The notes under the pieces are model-generated. The model searched no databases. It saw only the letters and a program-made list of their open reading frames with translations, and had not been told where the DNA came from. Position numbers and translations under genes: made by a program. Shown here one piece after another: positions 1 to 11,879 of a stretch of DNA of 64,000 nt. Within the stretch, counting starts at the first letter, position 1, and each line of letters opens with the position of its first letter. Source of the stretch: Lama guanicoe (lineage: Eukaryota); the NCBI GenBank assembly GCA_013239625.1, contig MU053873.1, positions 3,764,273 through 3,828,272 on the forward strand. Direction: 5' to 3'.

Positions 1-596
1 TCACTAAATTGTTAGCAGCAATTCTAGGTGAGTGGCACTGATGACTGGATGTGGATGGAGAAGTTCCCCTTTACACCTTATGAACGTCTGATTTCCTTAG
101 TTGACTCAGGTTTTTACTAAGCATGGGTTCCTTCCATATTTTAAGAAATAAAAGTTAATATTTAATGAAAAGTAATAAGTAGCTCCAGATCTTTGCTTAG
201 AGAAATACAGCACAGATTCTAGAGCCCAAGAGAGAGAGGGGTCCTTGTTCAGCCACTGCCCCCCCGGGGGACGTGGAGCAAGGTGGTACCCCCCGAGCCT
301 CCATGTCCTCACCTGTAAAAGGGGATAACACTTCATAGGCTTGTTCTGGGGATCGACTGAAACGATGTTAGTGAAGGGCTCCAGATAGTGCCTGATATAC
401 AGCAGGCGCTTAATAAGTGTTCTCTCTGATTATCATGACTGTGATTGTTACACTGTTGTCAGGGTAGGCTGGAATAAGATTTGAGCTGGGCATGGTGCCA
501 GCCACAGAGAGTGTGGTTCTAACTGGGCTCCCTGTAGCCCGCCCCTCTGCCACCCCTTCCGGACCCCCTACGGCTCCATCCCCGCGCCCCAGCCAC

Positions 597-721
597 CTGC
601 ACATGATGTTCCGTAGCTTCTCCAGGTTGGCGGGCGTGAAGTACCAGTAGTTGCGGTCACACCTCTGCACGTCCTTCTCAATGCGGTGCAGGTTCACCGT
701 GTACAGGTCCAGCAGCTCCGG
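597..721 (-). CDS. SGSM1: SGSM1 exon 21 (125 nt), [44 protein letters not shown] arginine finger
   Basis: acceptor gtgcag|CCG, donor AG|gtggct; IxxDxxR motif. Confidence 0.96.
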
Positions 722-1289
722 CTGCACACCCGCAGGTGAAGAGGAAAAGAACATTACACCCCAACGGTGTAATCCTCCAGACAGTCTCTCTCTTCCTCCT
801 AACCCTATCCTGCTGTCAATGAAAAAAACCTTCCTCTACCTCGAGCAGTCAGGCCTTTGACTTTGTTGTTTCCCAAGAAAGCCTCTTTCACTTTGTATGA
901 GAAAAATTCTTTTTCTTTCTTTCCTTTATAAAACAAAACAGTCCTATGAGGTGCATGGAATTATTACCCCCATTTTACAGATGAAGAAACAAGAAGAGAG
1001 TTACAGCTGTAGCTGGAGGCGCATCCCTCCCCACTGAAAACTGAGTAAGAAGAGTGGGAGACTTGAACAGAAGCCCAGCTCTGGCAATTGCTGGGCCTGA
1101 TGCCCTGACCCGACAATCCTGATGAAACGGTTCAAAGAATGCTATTGCAAGGAAAAAAGAAACACTTAAAAGGTCAAAAGTTAACCCCGCAAGGCAAGAA
1201 AATTCCAAAGCTGGCTTTTGCCTTGAGGGACGCTGCCAGTCAGGGAAAATTTAAGCCTGGGCTTTACAGTGTTGTGGTTTCTCCCGGGT

Positions 1290-2450
1290 AAGAAATCTAA
1301 GAGACCTCCCCACTTCAAGGAAGGACCTCCACAAAGCCACGCCCCAGTAAGAGAAAAGCAGAAAAAAACCTACCAGCATCGTGGGGTCTCAAGGACAACT
1401 GTCTATCTTAAACATAGGTGCCAAATTAAGCATATAAGATACCTCCCTGAATAATTAACAGCCTCAAATCAGGCTTGTAACTTATGCGTAACTCAAATTC
1501 TCACCACGTGGGTGATCTGGAAGAGCAGAGAATTTAGATGAAAGTGTCCTCAGGTTGGTATTCCCCTGAGCACAAGGAAGAAGAAAAAGCAAATCGTCTC
1601 TCGAGGAATCCACCTTCCACCCAGGCCTCAAATAATGCAACAGAAGAAGTTCTAAGCAATCTGAGCTCATGTTCAAAAATCATAAAACACCCAGAGAAAA
1701 AAAAGGCACCATGAGTGACAGCCAGCATATACACCAGATAGTCGAATCAGACCCAGGAGGGCTTCAGGTATTAGAATGATCAGGAACAGAATATAAAATA
1801 AGTATGTCTAACATTTTAAAAGAAATTTTAAAAAGAGATGAAAAATAATAATAGAGTGCAAGAGACTAAAATAATCAAGCATATTTTATAGCAGATGTGC
1901 AAATAAGCCAGATAAAACTTTAAAAAAGCAGATCAAAAAGTCACTAGAGGGAGAAGGTATAGCTCAAGTGGTAGAGTGCATGTTTAGCATGCACGAGGTC
2001 CTGGGTTCAGTCCCCAGTACCTCCTCTAAAAATAAATAAACCTAATTACCTCCCCCCCACCAAAATAAAATAAATAATACAATAAAATGTTTTAAAAAAA
2101 GAAATAAAATTTTTTAAAAAGTCACTAGAGCCAGAAAAGTAGACACAGACACTATGGAAAAAAGAATTAGTGAACTGAAAAAGGATCTAAAGAAACCATC
2201 CAGGATTTAGTCACAGGACGAAGAGATGATAAAATGAAAGAGAAGTAATACACACAGAAAATAGCGTGAGAACACTTAGCAAGCATTTAATCAGACCCAC
2301 AGAAGGAGATGAAATATTTGGGAAGTGGCAACAGTTGAATGTACAACAGAAGAGAATTTTGCAGAACAAAATATATCCACATGCACATTATGAAGTCCAA
2401 CAAACCACGAGCCTCAAAACAGAAAAAGAAGTGTTTAGATCCAGCCTTAC
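1290..2450 (+). mobile_element. degenerate ancient L1/HAL1 ORF1-like region hosting a SINE
   Basis: strongly A-rich, with GAATTAGTGAACTGAAA and AAGAGAATTTTGCAGAA motifs typical of old L1 5' regions. Confidence 0.45.
1950..2115 (+). mobile_element. tRNA-Ala-derived camelid SINE (Vic-1-like)
   Basis: A box TAGCTCAAGTGG, B box GGTTCAGTCC, AAACCTAATTACC tail, A-rich end; perfect 15-bp TSD AAAAAGTCACTAGAG at 1935-1949 and 2116-2130. Confidence 0.9.
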
Positions 2451-2994
2451 CTGAGTGTTCGACTCTTGAAACTGGGATAGAAACAGTAAGTTCTTTAAAA
2501 GAAAATGGATCTACAATGCCTGGCTTGGAAAACCTCCCTTTCAGCTGATGTCCTTTGCTTTGGGCTTTTTGGCAAAAAAAAAGCAAACTCCAATTTTAAA
2601 AGAGACTGGACCTGAGTGTCAATCAAGATGCTCATGGTCAAGACTGCTACTGATTGATGAATCACTATGGGCCAAGCACAGAGGATCTGACTCACTAATT
2701 CTGAAGACAACTCAGGAAGGAAGGTACTAGACAGATAGGGAAACTGAGGCTCAGAAAGATAAAGTGATGTGCCTAAGCTGGGATTTGAACCTAGTACTGT
2801 TTGACTGCAAAGCCTGCGTTCTTCAAGTATTATATCATCTTCTCTCCCAAATCATGGAGGACTCTACAGTGACTGCTCCATCACGGGGAAAATGCAATGA
2901 ACCAGAGGTCGTCCTGGATAACTGAGGCTTGTGGGACACTCCCACCCTCCCTCGGCTGCACAGAATTGAGTGGAGAAAAATCCTGGTGACTTAC

Positions 2995-3585
2995 GGAGTA
3001 GGTGACACCACTGGAAGACACGGGGGACGCCTCGTTGTTAGCAGATGTGGTCACGGCCAGAGAAGCCAGGGCAGGGAAGAGACTTTCCATCTCGGGCTCC
3101 TCTGAGAGGTTGTCCTCACTGTCCACCTGGCTGTGCTTCTCCGCCTCGCTGCCCCTCCAGCCCTCCATCCCGGTGCCCTCCTTTTCGGGCAGAGGCACAT
3201 CCATGCTGCCAGGGATGGACATGAACTCGTCCATGCTCTCGTTGGCGAGGATGTCACTCTCCAGGCTGTCCTGCACGGCCAGCTCCTCACGGGGGACCTC
3301 GTCCCGGGAAGTGGTGGCCTCGCTGCTCTGCCCGTCATCCACGCTGCTGTCCCTGGGTCGCAGCACCAGGGGGGCGTGCCTCTGGGCATCCATGACGCTG
3401 TCTTCTGTACTCAGGCTGGGTTCCGAGTGCTCCGAGAGGCCCGAGGAGAAGTTATGGGAGGAAGGATGGCCGGAGTCTGGGGAACACGTCCCATTTACCA
3501 GGTTCCCGTTGGGGATCTTGGGCTGTTTCTCCTCCAATCTGCCTTCTGCCTCCACTTGCTCCACCTCGTCCACAGACTCAAAGAC
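2995..3585 (-). CDS. SGSM1: SGSM1 exon 20 (591 nt), acidic Ser-rich insertion within the TBC domain, VFESVDEVEQ...SGVTYS
   Basis: acceptor tgcag|GTC, donor TCC|gtaagt; phase 0 to 0; overlaps ORF 2881..3573. Confidence 0.96.
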
Positions 3586-3912
3586 CTGCAGACCAGGTGC
3601 ACAGAAACAGATGGACTAGGATGTCCACTGAGGTGCTGCTGCCAACAGCAACCTAACTATCCATCAACAGGGGATTGGTTCAAACACAGAACAAGCGTGC
3701 AGTGGAACCCTACACAGTCAGTAAAAAGGGTGGCAGAACACGGTGTGATATATGCTCCCATTTGTGAAAAATAAGTGTTCTCTATGCACGCACAGGCAGA
3801 GAATAATCCGGAAAGAAACAAAGGAGCACGGTAGTTGACTTTGAGGAAGGGGTATTAGGGAACTGAAGAGGGGAAAGAAAACCTTTCATCTTACCAAATC
3901 ATGTGCACGTGG

Positions 3913-4031
3913 TTTTTTTTTTTTGGCTGGGGAAGGTAATTAAATTTATTTATTTTTAGCGGTACTGGGGACTGAACCCAGGACCTCATGCATGCTAAGC
4001 ATGTGCTCTGCTGCTTGAGCTACACCCTCCC
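3913..4031 (-). mobile_element. Vic-1-like SINE
   Basis: reverse complement of the same head and tail; degenerate TSD TGCAYGTGRTTTTT. Confidence 0.85.
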
Positions 4032-4869
4032 TGCTGCATGTGATTTTTCAAACTATTAGTTAAAGACACAAGGAACAGGCTAAAAAAGCATCCATGGGGT
4101 TGAGAACGATGGATCCGTTTTCAAAACCAGTTAGATGCAAATGAAGTATCATGGAAAAGTCTCCATCCAGGATACATATTCAAGATTTATTTGCGGTTTT
4201 GTGTGTGTGTGTGTGTGTCTCTAGGCTGTATTCCACCAAGGACAGACTGAACAAGGTCACATCCCAAGATCACTTGAAATATTTCTTCTGTGTGGTCATG
4301 TCAGCAAGTTGATTTACGGTTAATTTCATGTGTTTCTGGTTTTAAAAATTACTTTTCGATGAAATTGCTTTAAATCATGTAAAAAAAACCTTACCTAGCT
4401 CCAAAGTCAAAACTAGAAAACAAAATCTATTCAGGGAAATGGAGCCTCTTTCCTTGCGCTCCGTCCCCTCTTAGGTAACCATTTCAATCAGTTTCTGGTT
4501 TATCCCTTCATTGTTTTAGAAAATAGATGTAAATATATATGCATATTAATATTTCCTTTGTTTATACTATGCACCTTTTTTCACTTTGCTTTTTTCTTTA
4601 ATATTGAGAATGAGTTAACTTGTTTTGAATGAAATGCAAGGCTATTGAACATGTCTGATGGCGTTTATTTAGAAATTTTAAAAAACTACTAAACATGACA
4701 ACTATCATTTGCATACTGCCTACATATTTCTGTGTATGTAAAGGCAGACAAAAGGGTCTGGAAGGACACAGAAAACTGATGATAGCAATGTTATTTCTAA
4801 AGAGGGCATGTGGGGATTGCGGATGCTCAAAGCCAAATTTAGTTTTCTCTGTAATATTTTAATTTTGTC

Positions 4870-4956
4870 CTTTTTTTTTTAATGGAGGTACTGGGGATTG
4901 AACCCAGGACCTCATGCATGCTAAGCATGCACTCTACCACTAAGCTATCCCCACCC
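4870..4956 (-). mobile_element. Vic-1-like SINE, short form
   Basis: GGAGGTACTGGGGATTGAACCCAGGACCTC...CTCTACCAC preceded by poly-T. Confidence 0.85.
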
Positions 4957-5156
4957 ACCTTTTAAATTTTTTTTAATAGACAGAATATATTCATGCATTA
5001 CTTGTGTTGTTTCTAAAACTTCAATTTTGAATGCTAGCATAAAAAGCTAAAACAAATAAACCATAAGTGACCTGCAGAGGAGGGTCATCCAATCCCATTA
5101 TTCCAGGTTGGAGGGAGGGGATGGGCAGGGAGGGGGCGGGGCCTCCAGAAGGTCAC

Positions 5157-5225
5157 CTGTGTGCTGCTGCTGGAGTCACTCTGCAGGCGGATGTTCTGAC
5201 GGCCTGAGCTGCAGCTCTGGGAGGA
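5157..5225 (-). CDS. SGSM1: SGSM1 exon 19 (69 nt), SSQSCSSGRQNIRLQSDSSSSTQ
   Basis: acceptor ttcag|TCC, donor CAG|gtgacc; phase 0 to 0. Confidence 0.93.
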
Positions 5226-5549
5226 CTGAAAGCAAAAGGGGCAGGAGGGAGTGCAGGTGAGGCTGCATCCAGGCTCAGGGGGCCCTCCCCGGCACTGAGC
5301 TCAGGAAGGACTGCCAGGCTGGGAGCCAGCAAATGTGGTCTTATCTCTATTTCTGACTCGGGCAAGTCCCCTCTCAGGGCCTCAGCTTCCCATCTGTCAA
5401 ATAAAAGTGGGTGGGGGGGACTCACTCCCTGCTCCCTGGGGCCACAGCAGCCACTGGACCTCCACCCTACCCCCAATCTCTGCAACCAGAGAACCCCACT
5501 TTTAACTGCTCTGCACTTGAGACTTCTAGCCAGTATCTTAGTTCAGCTC

Positions 5550-6000
5550 CAAGTACTGGTTGTATGAATGCCTATGTTTTACTTCCTCTCTGTATACTTG
5601 CTGTTTGCCCTTTAACGTCTAGTCTCTGTTGACTCTGAGGCTAGGCTTGGTCATGTGACTTGCTTTGGTCAATGGGATGTTGGGAAACTTGACCGGGTAG
5701 ACACTTAAAACATGCTTGTGCATTTCTGCTTTCTCTTTCTGGGGGCTGCTTTCACTGCAAAAACATGGCCAGGTGAGCCTGCTGGATAGTAAGACATGAG
5801 GAGCCAGGCTGAGTTACCCCAGACATGTGAGAGTCCAATGAAGATCAACAAATCTTTTAGCTGACCAGCCCTGCTTGGAGCAGAACTGCCCCACTGACTC
5901 ACAGACTCATAAGGAAAACTAGTTGCTTATTGTCAGACATCACTAGCTTTGGGGGGGTTCTTTGTTACACAGCATTCGTGTGGCAATTGATGACTGAGCC
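5550..6000. mobile_element. MLT1 (MaLR) LTR
   Basis: GGTCATGTGACTTGCTTTGGTCAATGG and TTTGTTACACAGCA motifs. Confidence 0.65.
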
Positions 6001-6518
6001 ATCACTGGTAAAGGGAATTGACTTCCTTTTCAACTCCTACTTTGGGCTGTTAAACTGGAGAGTCTATCAGGACAGATATGTCTGACCTGGTCACTAAATA
6101 TTCCCAACACTCCAGGACATTGCTGACAGTATCTGGCACACAGTAGGTGCTCAACAGCATTTGTTGAATAAATGAAAGTCTCACACTGTGCTGGGCACTT
6201 TATACATATTATCTCATTTGAGTTGCACACAAATCTTCCTCCTACAAACGATCATTCCCATTTCACAGATAAGGAAACTGAGGCCCAGAAGTAAAGGTGT
6301 TTGCCTCAGCCCCAGAGCTAAGAAATGAAGGGGCTGGAGTTTGAACTCAGGTCTGTCTGACTCTGAAGTGATCTTCCACTCAAAAGCAGGGGGGAGTCTC
6401 TGTCCCAAGGCCCTAGACACCCAGCCCTCTCCATTCCTACAACAGCCCGATGGAGCAGATGCAGTCCTTCCCTGCCCCCTGCCCCACCCCTGGCTCCCTG
6501 ACGTTAGCCACCCATCAC

Positions 6519-6701
6519 CTCGTTGCTGATGGTGGAGTCCCGGTGCATCAGCCGGTGCAGGTGGCTGTCCAGGCTGGCCCCCGACGAGCACTTGGCCAGG
6601 GCAGCCGCGTGGGACTCCCGCTCCCTCTGCCGCACAATTGCCTCGCAGCCCAGCCACTCGGACATGGTCTGTGCGTAGCAGGCATGAATCTGCTCGTCCA
6701 C
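6519..6701 (-). CDS. SGSM1: SGSM1 exon 18 (183 nt), [11 protein letters not shown]...RDSTISNE
   Basis: acceptor gacag|GTG, donor GAG|gtgatg; phase 0 to 0. Confidence 0.95.
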
Positions 6702-9232
6702 CTGTCAGGGCAGATTCAAAGGTCACTGGAAACACTGGGACCCCAGGGCAGAACCAACCCAACTCAGAAGAGGGTGGCTCTGACTCAGGCCCCTGGGCCC
6801 TGGAAACACCCAACATTCATGGAGTAGTTAACGTCCACGGGTCCCTGAGCACCTACTTTGTGCCGGGATACACAAACGTGAGCAAGGCAAATTCTTTCAA
6901 TTTTCCCTCCTTCTTATCTTCCTTCTTTTATTCATTCATTCATTCATGCATTCATTCATTCAAGTATGTACTGAAAGCCTGCTCTGTGCCAGGCAGGGTA
7001 CAAAGCCTTGAGGATAGAGTGACAAGGCTGTTTCTTTCCTTCTGTATTCCCTTCTTTTCCTCTTTCCTCATTCATTCACTCACTTGGTCATTTAATTTGG
7101 TAAGTACCTACTATGTGCTGGCACTAATCTAGGCGTATGAAATACAAGGGGAGCGAGATGCCCCACCTGTCCATCCCTCCAGTCACTCAAGACCCTTACC
7201 AAGGGCCCCCCACATGCCCAGCCAGGGGGCAGATGCCGAGAGCACAAAGATAACAAAAATGACCCCCTCTTTTAATTACAGCAGTGGCTTTAGGGAAAGG
7301 CCACAGATTTCGAGGGTTTTCCTTGTGGGATTTCAGCAGAGAAGAGGGGAGCTTGCTTCATTTCTGTGCTGCACAGCCCAGGGAACTGAGGTTATGAATC
7401 TGCCAGACCTCTGGGCATGAGATGAAAGGGTGTGGAGGCGCAGGAAGCGGGAAGGCAGGGAGCCCGTGCTGTGTCAGGGTTGGGACGGGCAAGGAACCAT
7501 TTAGCTATTCAGGGCTTCCAGAAAGAGGCTCCGGGAGCACCCTGCCCAAGCCCGTCACGGGGAGCTCCTTCCCACCAGACTTCTAAAGAGTCATCCAAGC
7601 CCACTTCTCCATTTCCACCGCCTCCCTAGGCCGGGCTTCCAGGACTCCTCACCCAGATGGCCATTCTGTGCCTGCTTGTCCCAGCCTGGTCCCTCCTGTC
7701 CGTCTCCCACTCAGCAGTTTCCTCTCCAGCCCCACCTCTCACCACCGCCCCCACCCACCTCGTCCCGTCTGTCCCAGCTGTCCACGTCCGCACCCTCTAC
7801 CCCTCCACCGCGCCGCACACAGACACACATGTCGCATTGTGCAGGTGTCTCGTCTCCCTAGAGACCCTTCCTCACTCCCCTTGCCTGCAAAGCAATCCCT
7901 TTAAAGAGTTCAGGGAGCCTTCTGCCTGGTGGAGGGGCTCTGTGCTCTTACAGCCCCCGAGTTTGCCTCCAACTGATTTTGCACAAAGCCCCCCCCAAAC
8001 TGGCAGAGACCTCATCGAATGCACCTCTGGGTCCCCAGTCCTGAGCACGGGGCCTGCCAAACTGGATTCTCAAGCTGGTACTGCGATGATTTTGGACAGT
8101 TCACGGCACAGCCTCATCAGCACGAGAAAGTCTCCATTTTCAACCCTCCTTCAACTTTTCTGACGACGAGGAAGGCCAGTCTGGTGCGATTGTGTCTTTA
8201 AAACATCCTTAATACTTTATAATCTCCCTTCTTAACAGAGAGCGAGGCCTCAGGCAGGCTCTGACATCTAGGCAGAACTGAATTACCTCATTTTGCTGTT
8301 TAACAACGTTTATGATAAATGACCATTTATCATTCTATTTATTTTTATCGTTTCCTTTGATGACAGCAAGTCATCTTGGTTTTCCACTGATGGCAGAGAT
8401 ATAAAACACCTTTTAAATTAAGTTACATACATTTTCAGGTGAGTCGATTTAAAGACATACATTTAGTAAATAATAGCATAGACTCCTTGAGTGTAAAATA
8501 TGCCCAGGTTTTGAAAACTTAGTATAAATAAAAGAATGTAAGATATCTCAGTCATAATTTTTATTCTGATTACAAGCAGAAGTGGTCATATATTGAATAT
8601 ACTGGGTTAAGTAAAATATGTTATTAAAATTAATTTCACCCTGATGAAATGACATAGAAACACACACAGACACACAAGAGGTTGCAAAAAATAGTGAAAT
8701 TCTGGTAAGGTCTGTAGTCTAACTAGTTGTGTTGTACCAAGGTTAACATGCTGGTTTTGATAACACACTAAATGGTTCTACAAGATGTTTCAATTTGAGG
8801 AAACCGGGTGAAACGAATATAATATTTATAATTATATAAAATATAACACATAATTGTAAATATAATATTGCAAATCAACCATATCTCAATTAAAAATATA
8901 GACACATTTATTATGAACAACAAAAAAGAAATGCAATAAAATATGCTTTAATTTATAATTTTATTATTTATTTTGTTATTAATATTAATTAATTATATTA
9001 GTTATTTTAAAATTTTAATTTAAAAATTTAATTTAAAAATAATAAAGACAGCTATATTGCCAATATGTTAATGTCAAAATAACTGTGATACTATGTTAAG
9101 GTTTTGTAAGAAGTTACCATTGAGGGAAACTGAATAAAGGACACATGAGATGTCGCTGCATTATTTCTTACAACTGCAGGTGAATCTATCACTATCTCAA
9201 AATAAAATTTATTAAAAAATGACATTTTTTGT

Positions 9233-9369
9233 GGGGGGAGGGTGTAGCTCAGTGGTAGAGCATGTGCTTAGCATGCATAACGTCCTGGGTTCAACCCCTA
9301 GTACCTCCATCAAAATAAATAAGTAAACCTAATTACCTCTCCTCACCAGAAAAAAAAAGAAAAAAAAAA
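9233..9369 (+). mobile_element. Vic-1-like SINE
   Basis: GGGGAGGGTGTAGCTCAGTGGTAGAG head, AAACCTAATTACC tail, poly-A. Confidence 0.85.
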
Positions 9370-9546
9370 GATGACATCTGTAGCCTGTGTCGTATTTCTA
9401 CTGCACAGCACTGCTCTCAAGCTTCCTGGCTCCCCGACATCTCCCCACGCCACCTTGGTCCACCAGGGGACCAGAGCTCCCTTAGCCCCACAGCATCTGC
9501 TCCTTTTTGTTGCCAAACACCCCACTGCCCATCACCGGTAACCAAC

Positions 9547-9675
9547 CTCCTTCCTCTCTGTTTCTGTCATCCCGAACTGGTAGTGGCCCAGGAGGAAGGG
9601 CCACACGGCTTTGCGGATCTCCGGCTGGATGCCCCCGTAGTAGATGAGACGCAGCAGCTCCTGCTCCTCGTAACT
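9547..9675 (-). CDS. SGSM1: SGSM1 exon 17 (129 nt), [43 protein letters not shown], start of TBC domain
   Basis: acceptor tgtag|AGT, donor GAG|gttggt; carries the TBC RxxxW motif. Confidence 0.95.
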
Positions 9676-10689
9676 CTACAGTGAGGGGAGGAAGCAAAAG
9701 ATCTGGTCAACAGAAAACCAGGGGATGGACTCTATGACCCAGAGGCTCGGCTTCTCAGATCTAGCCCTCAGTGATCATGGTGTGAACAAGCAAAGCCACA
9801 AGTCCCCGGATATGCCTCCTGGTATCATACAAAAAAAGCAAGATGCTGGGAACCCAACTGCCCACCAATGGGGGAACGCTGCATCTCTCCATGGAGATAC
9901 CACATGGAGAGTAAAAAGGGCGGGAGATGCATTTATGAAAACCTACATAAAAAGATCTTCAATGTGTATTGTTAAGTGGAAAAAAAAAAACCAAGATGCA
10001 GAATAGGTCTAGGGTGACCCCATTTTTGTAAAAAAACAGAAACAAAACCACAAGGCCAGAATATAATAAATGAATATTTCTACTTAATGTTTAGCCGATT
10101 TTCTGTACTGTACTTATTTGGGAATATTGTCTTGGAGTTATTAATATTGTCTTGGAGTTATTAATCTTGACTTGGCACTAAGAAAATTGTTTTAAAGCTA
10201 AACAATTAAATTAAACCAAATGAAAATTAAACCAAAAAGGAATCACTTCCAGCTGGCTCTTCATAGCACTAATAACTTCTGTTTACACTAAGATGATTTA
10301 GCAACTGTTTGCTGTATTGTGGAATAGATTTGTCCTCTTTCTTTTTTAAAATTCACTTTCAGGCAAAGGCTTTGAAATTACAGTTAGTTGAGCAGTTGAG
10401 CCAAGGGACCAGCAGGTCCTATCTGTGTGTGTGTGTGTGTGTGCGTGTAAAGTGCCATTGACTGCTCGAAGGCTACTCCATAGGGCACTGGGGTCCTGTG
10501 TCCTCCCACCTCTTTAATTCACATTTGAAAATTAAAAGCATATTTTACATCTTAACACTAGACTTAAATGTACCCAACCAAGTTGCGAAACCAGCCATTT
10601 TGTTCCTGTTGGGGATTTTGATTCATGTTGTGTAGACAGCCTTGTCAACACTGTTTGAAAGTCGGAGAACTATTTGGGGCTGAGGCTGT

Positions 10690-11100
10690 GAACGCCTCAT
10701 CAGAAATCCATATCCTCTTCTCCCGGAATCCACAGTGGGACTCCATCTCCCAGGCTCCCTTGCAGGTAGGTGTGGCCATGTGATTGGGTTCTGGCCAAAG
10801 GGATGTAAGAGGAAGTGATGTAAGCCATTTCCAGGCCAGGTCTTAGAGGAAGCTGGTGTACTCCCTTCACACCGTGCACTTCCTGTCTGCTGGCTGGAAG
10901 CAGATAACCACAAGGTCCCAGAGGATGGTGGGGCCACAAGACAAAGATCCGTGAACCTCCAGAGGGAGGAGAGGTGCCCACTCACCAGGAATGCCCACCC
11001 AGGACTGTTAAGTGAGCAAGAAATACCTCCTCTATGGTGTCGAGCAACTAAAATAGTGGGGACCACACGTTACTGCAGCTCAGTCCACCCTGACACGACA
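10690..11100. mobile_element. MLT1 (MaLR) LTR
   Basis: GGCCATGTGATTGGGTTCTGGCCAAAGGGATGTAAGAGGAAGTGA motif. Confidence 0.65.
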
Positions 11101-11879
11101 ATGCAACCAAGCAGGTTGTGAAAGGGTTGCTGGAACGTGAGATACTAATTATTCATTTTTGACTAATTTATTGTTGTAACCGATTTTCCCTTAGAATAGC
11201 GCCTCCCAAATTGGGGAGATCACAAAGAGCATTTGGGGAACTTTCAAAAAATATACATTCTTGGGCTCCACTCTTAGAGATGCTCGATCAGTAGAGCTGG
11301 AGGGAAGCCCAGAAGACTATAAATCTTTTGAATTCCTCAGGAAACGTGCACTCTCACAGACTGCCTGGGATTCTGAACACTGTGACCTTTCGAGAAAGTA
11401 AGCTGCTGTATCTATTTAAATTTAAAGTGGACACCAATTTTATTTCTAGGAATCTATCCCCGAAATAAGAGAACTAGTACAGAGAGGTATACGCTTATAA
11501 AGATGTTGACTGCAGCACTGTTTGAAATAAAAAAAAGGAAAAGAGCCCAGGTGTCCATCATTAGAGGAAGATTGGAACAAATTATGGTCCACCCATATAT
11601 GAGGTGCTAAGGTTCTAAAAGGCACTATTTCACCTAGAGATTTGAATGACATCCTTGACATAAAAGTAAGCTAGTTACTTAAAATACAAATATAATGTCA
11701 CTTTATTATTTTTTTAAATAAGAGTTTCAGCTATATCTATATAGAGAGATTTGTGGATGTATCAGCTCAGGAAATGTATAGCATGGTCTGCACCAAACTG
11801 ATAGCATTCATTAATTCAGGGGATCAGAACCAGGGGGCTGTAGCAGAGAGATGACAGTAAAAACTTAAAAAAAATATTC

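Noticed and set aside
1950..2025. tRNA-Ala(AGC)-like sequences here and at seven other sites
   Set aside because: They carry SINE tails, poly-A and TSDs and have diverged stems, so they are SINE heads rather than tRNA genes.
3002..3774. 205-aa and 213-aa plus-strand ORFs
   Set aside because: Antisense shadows of the GC-rich coding exon 20.
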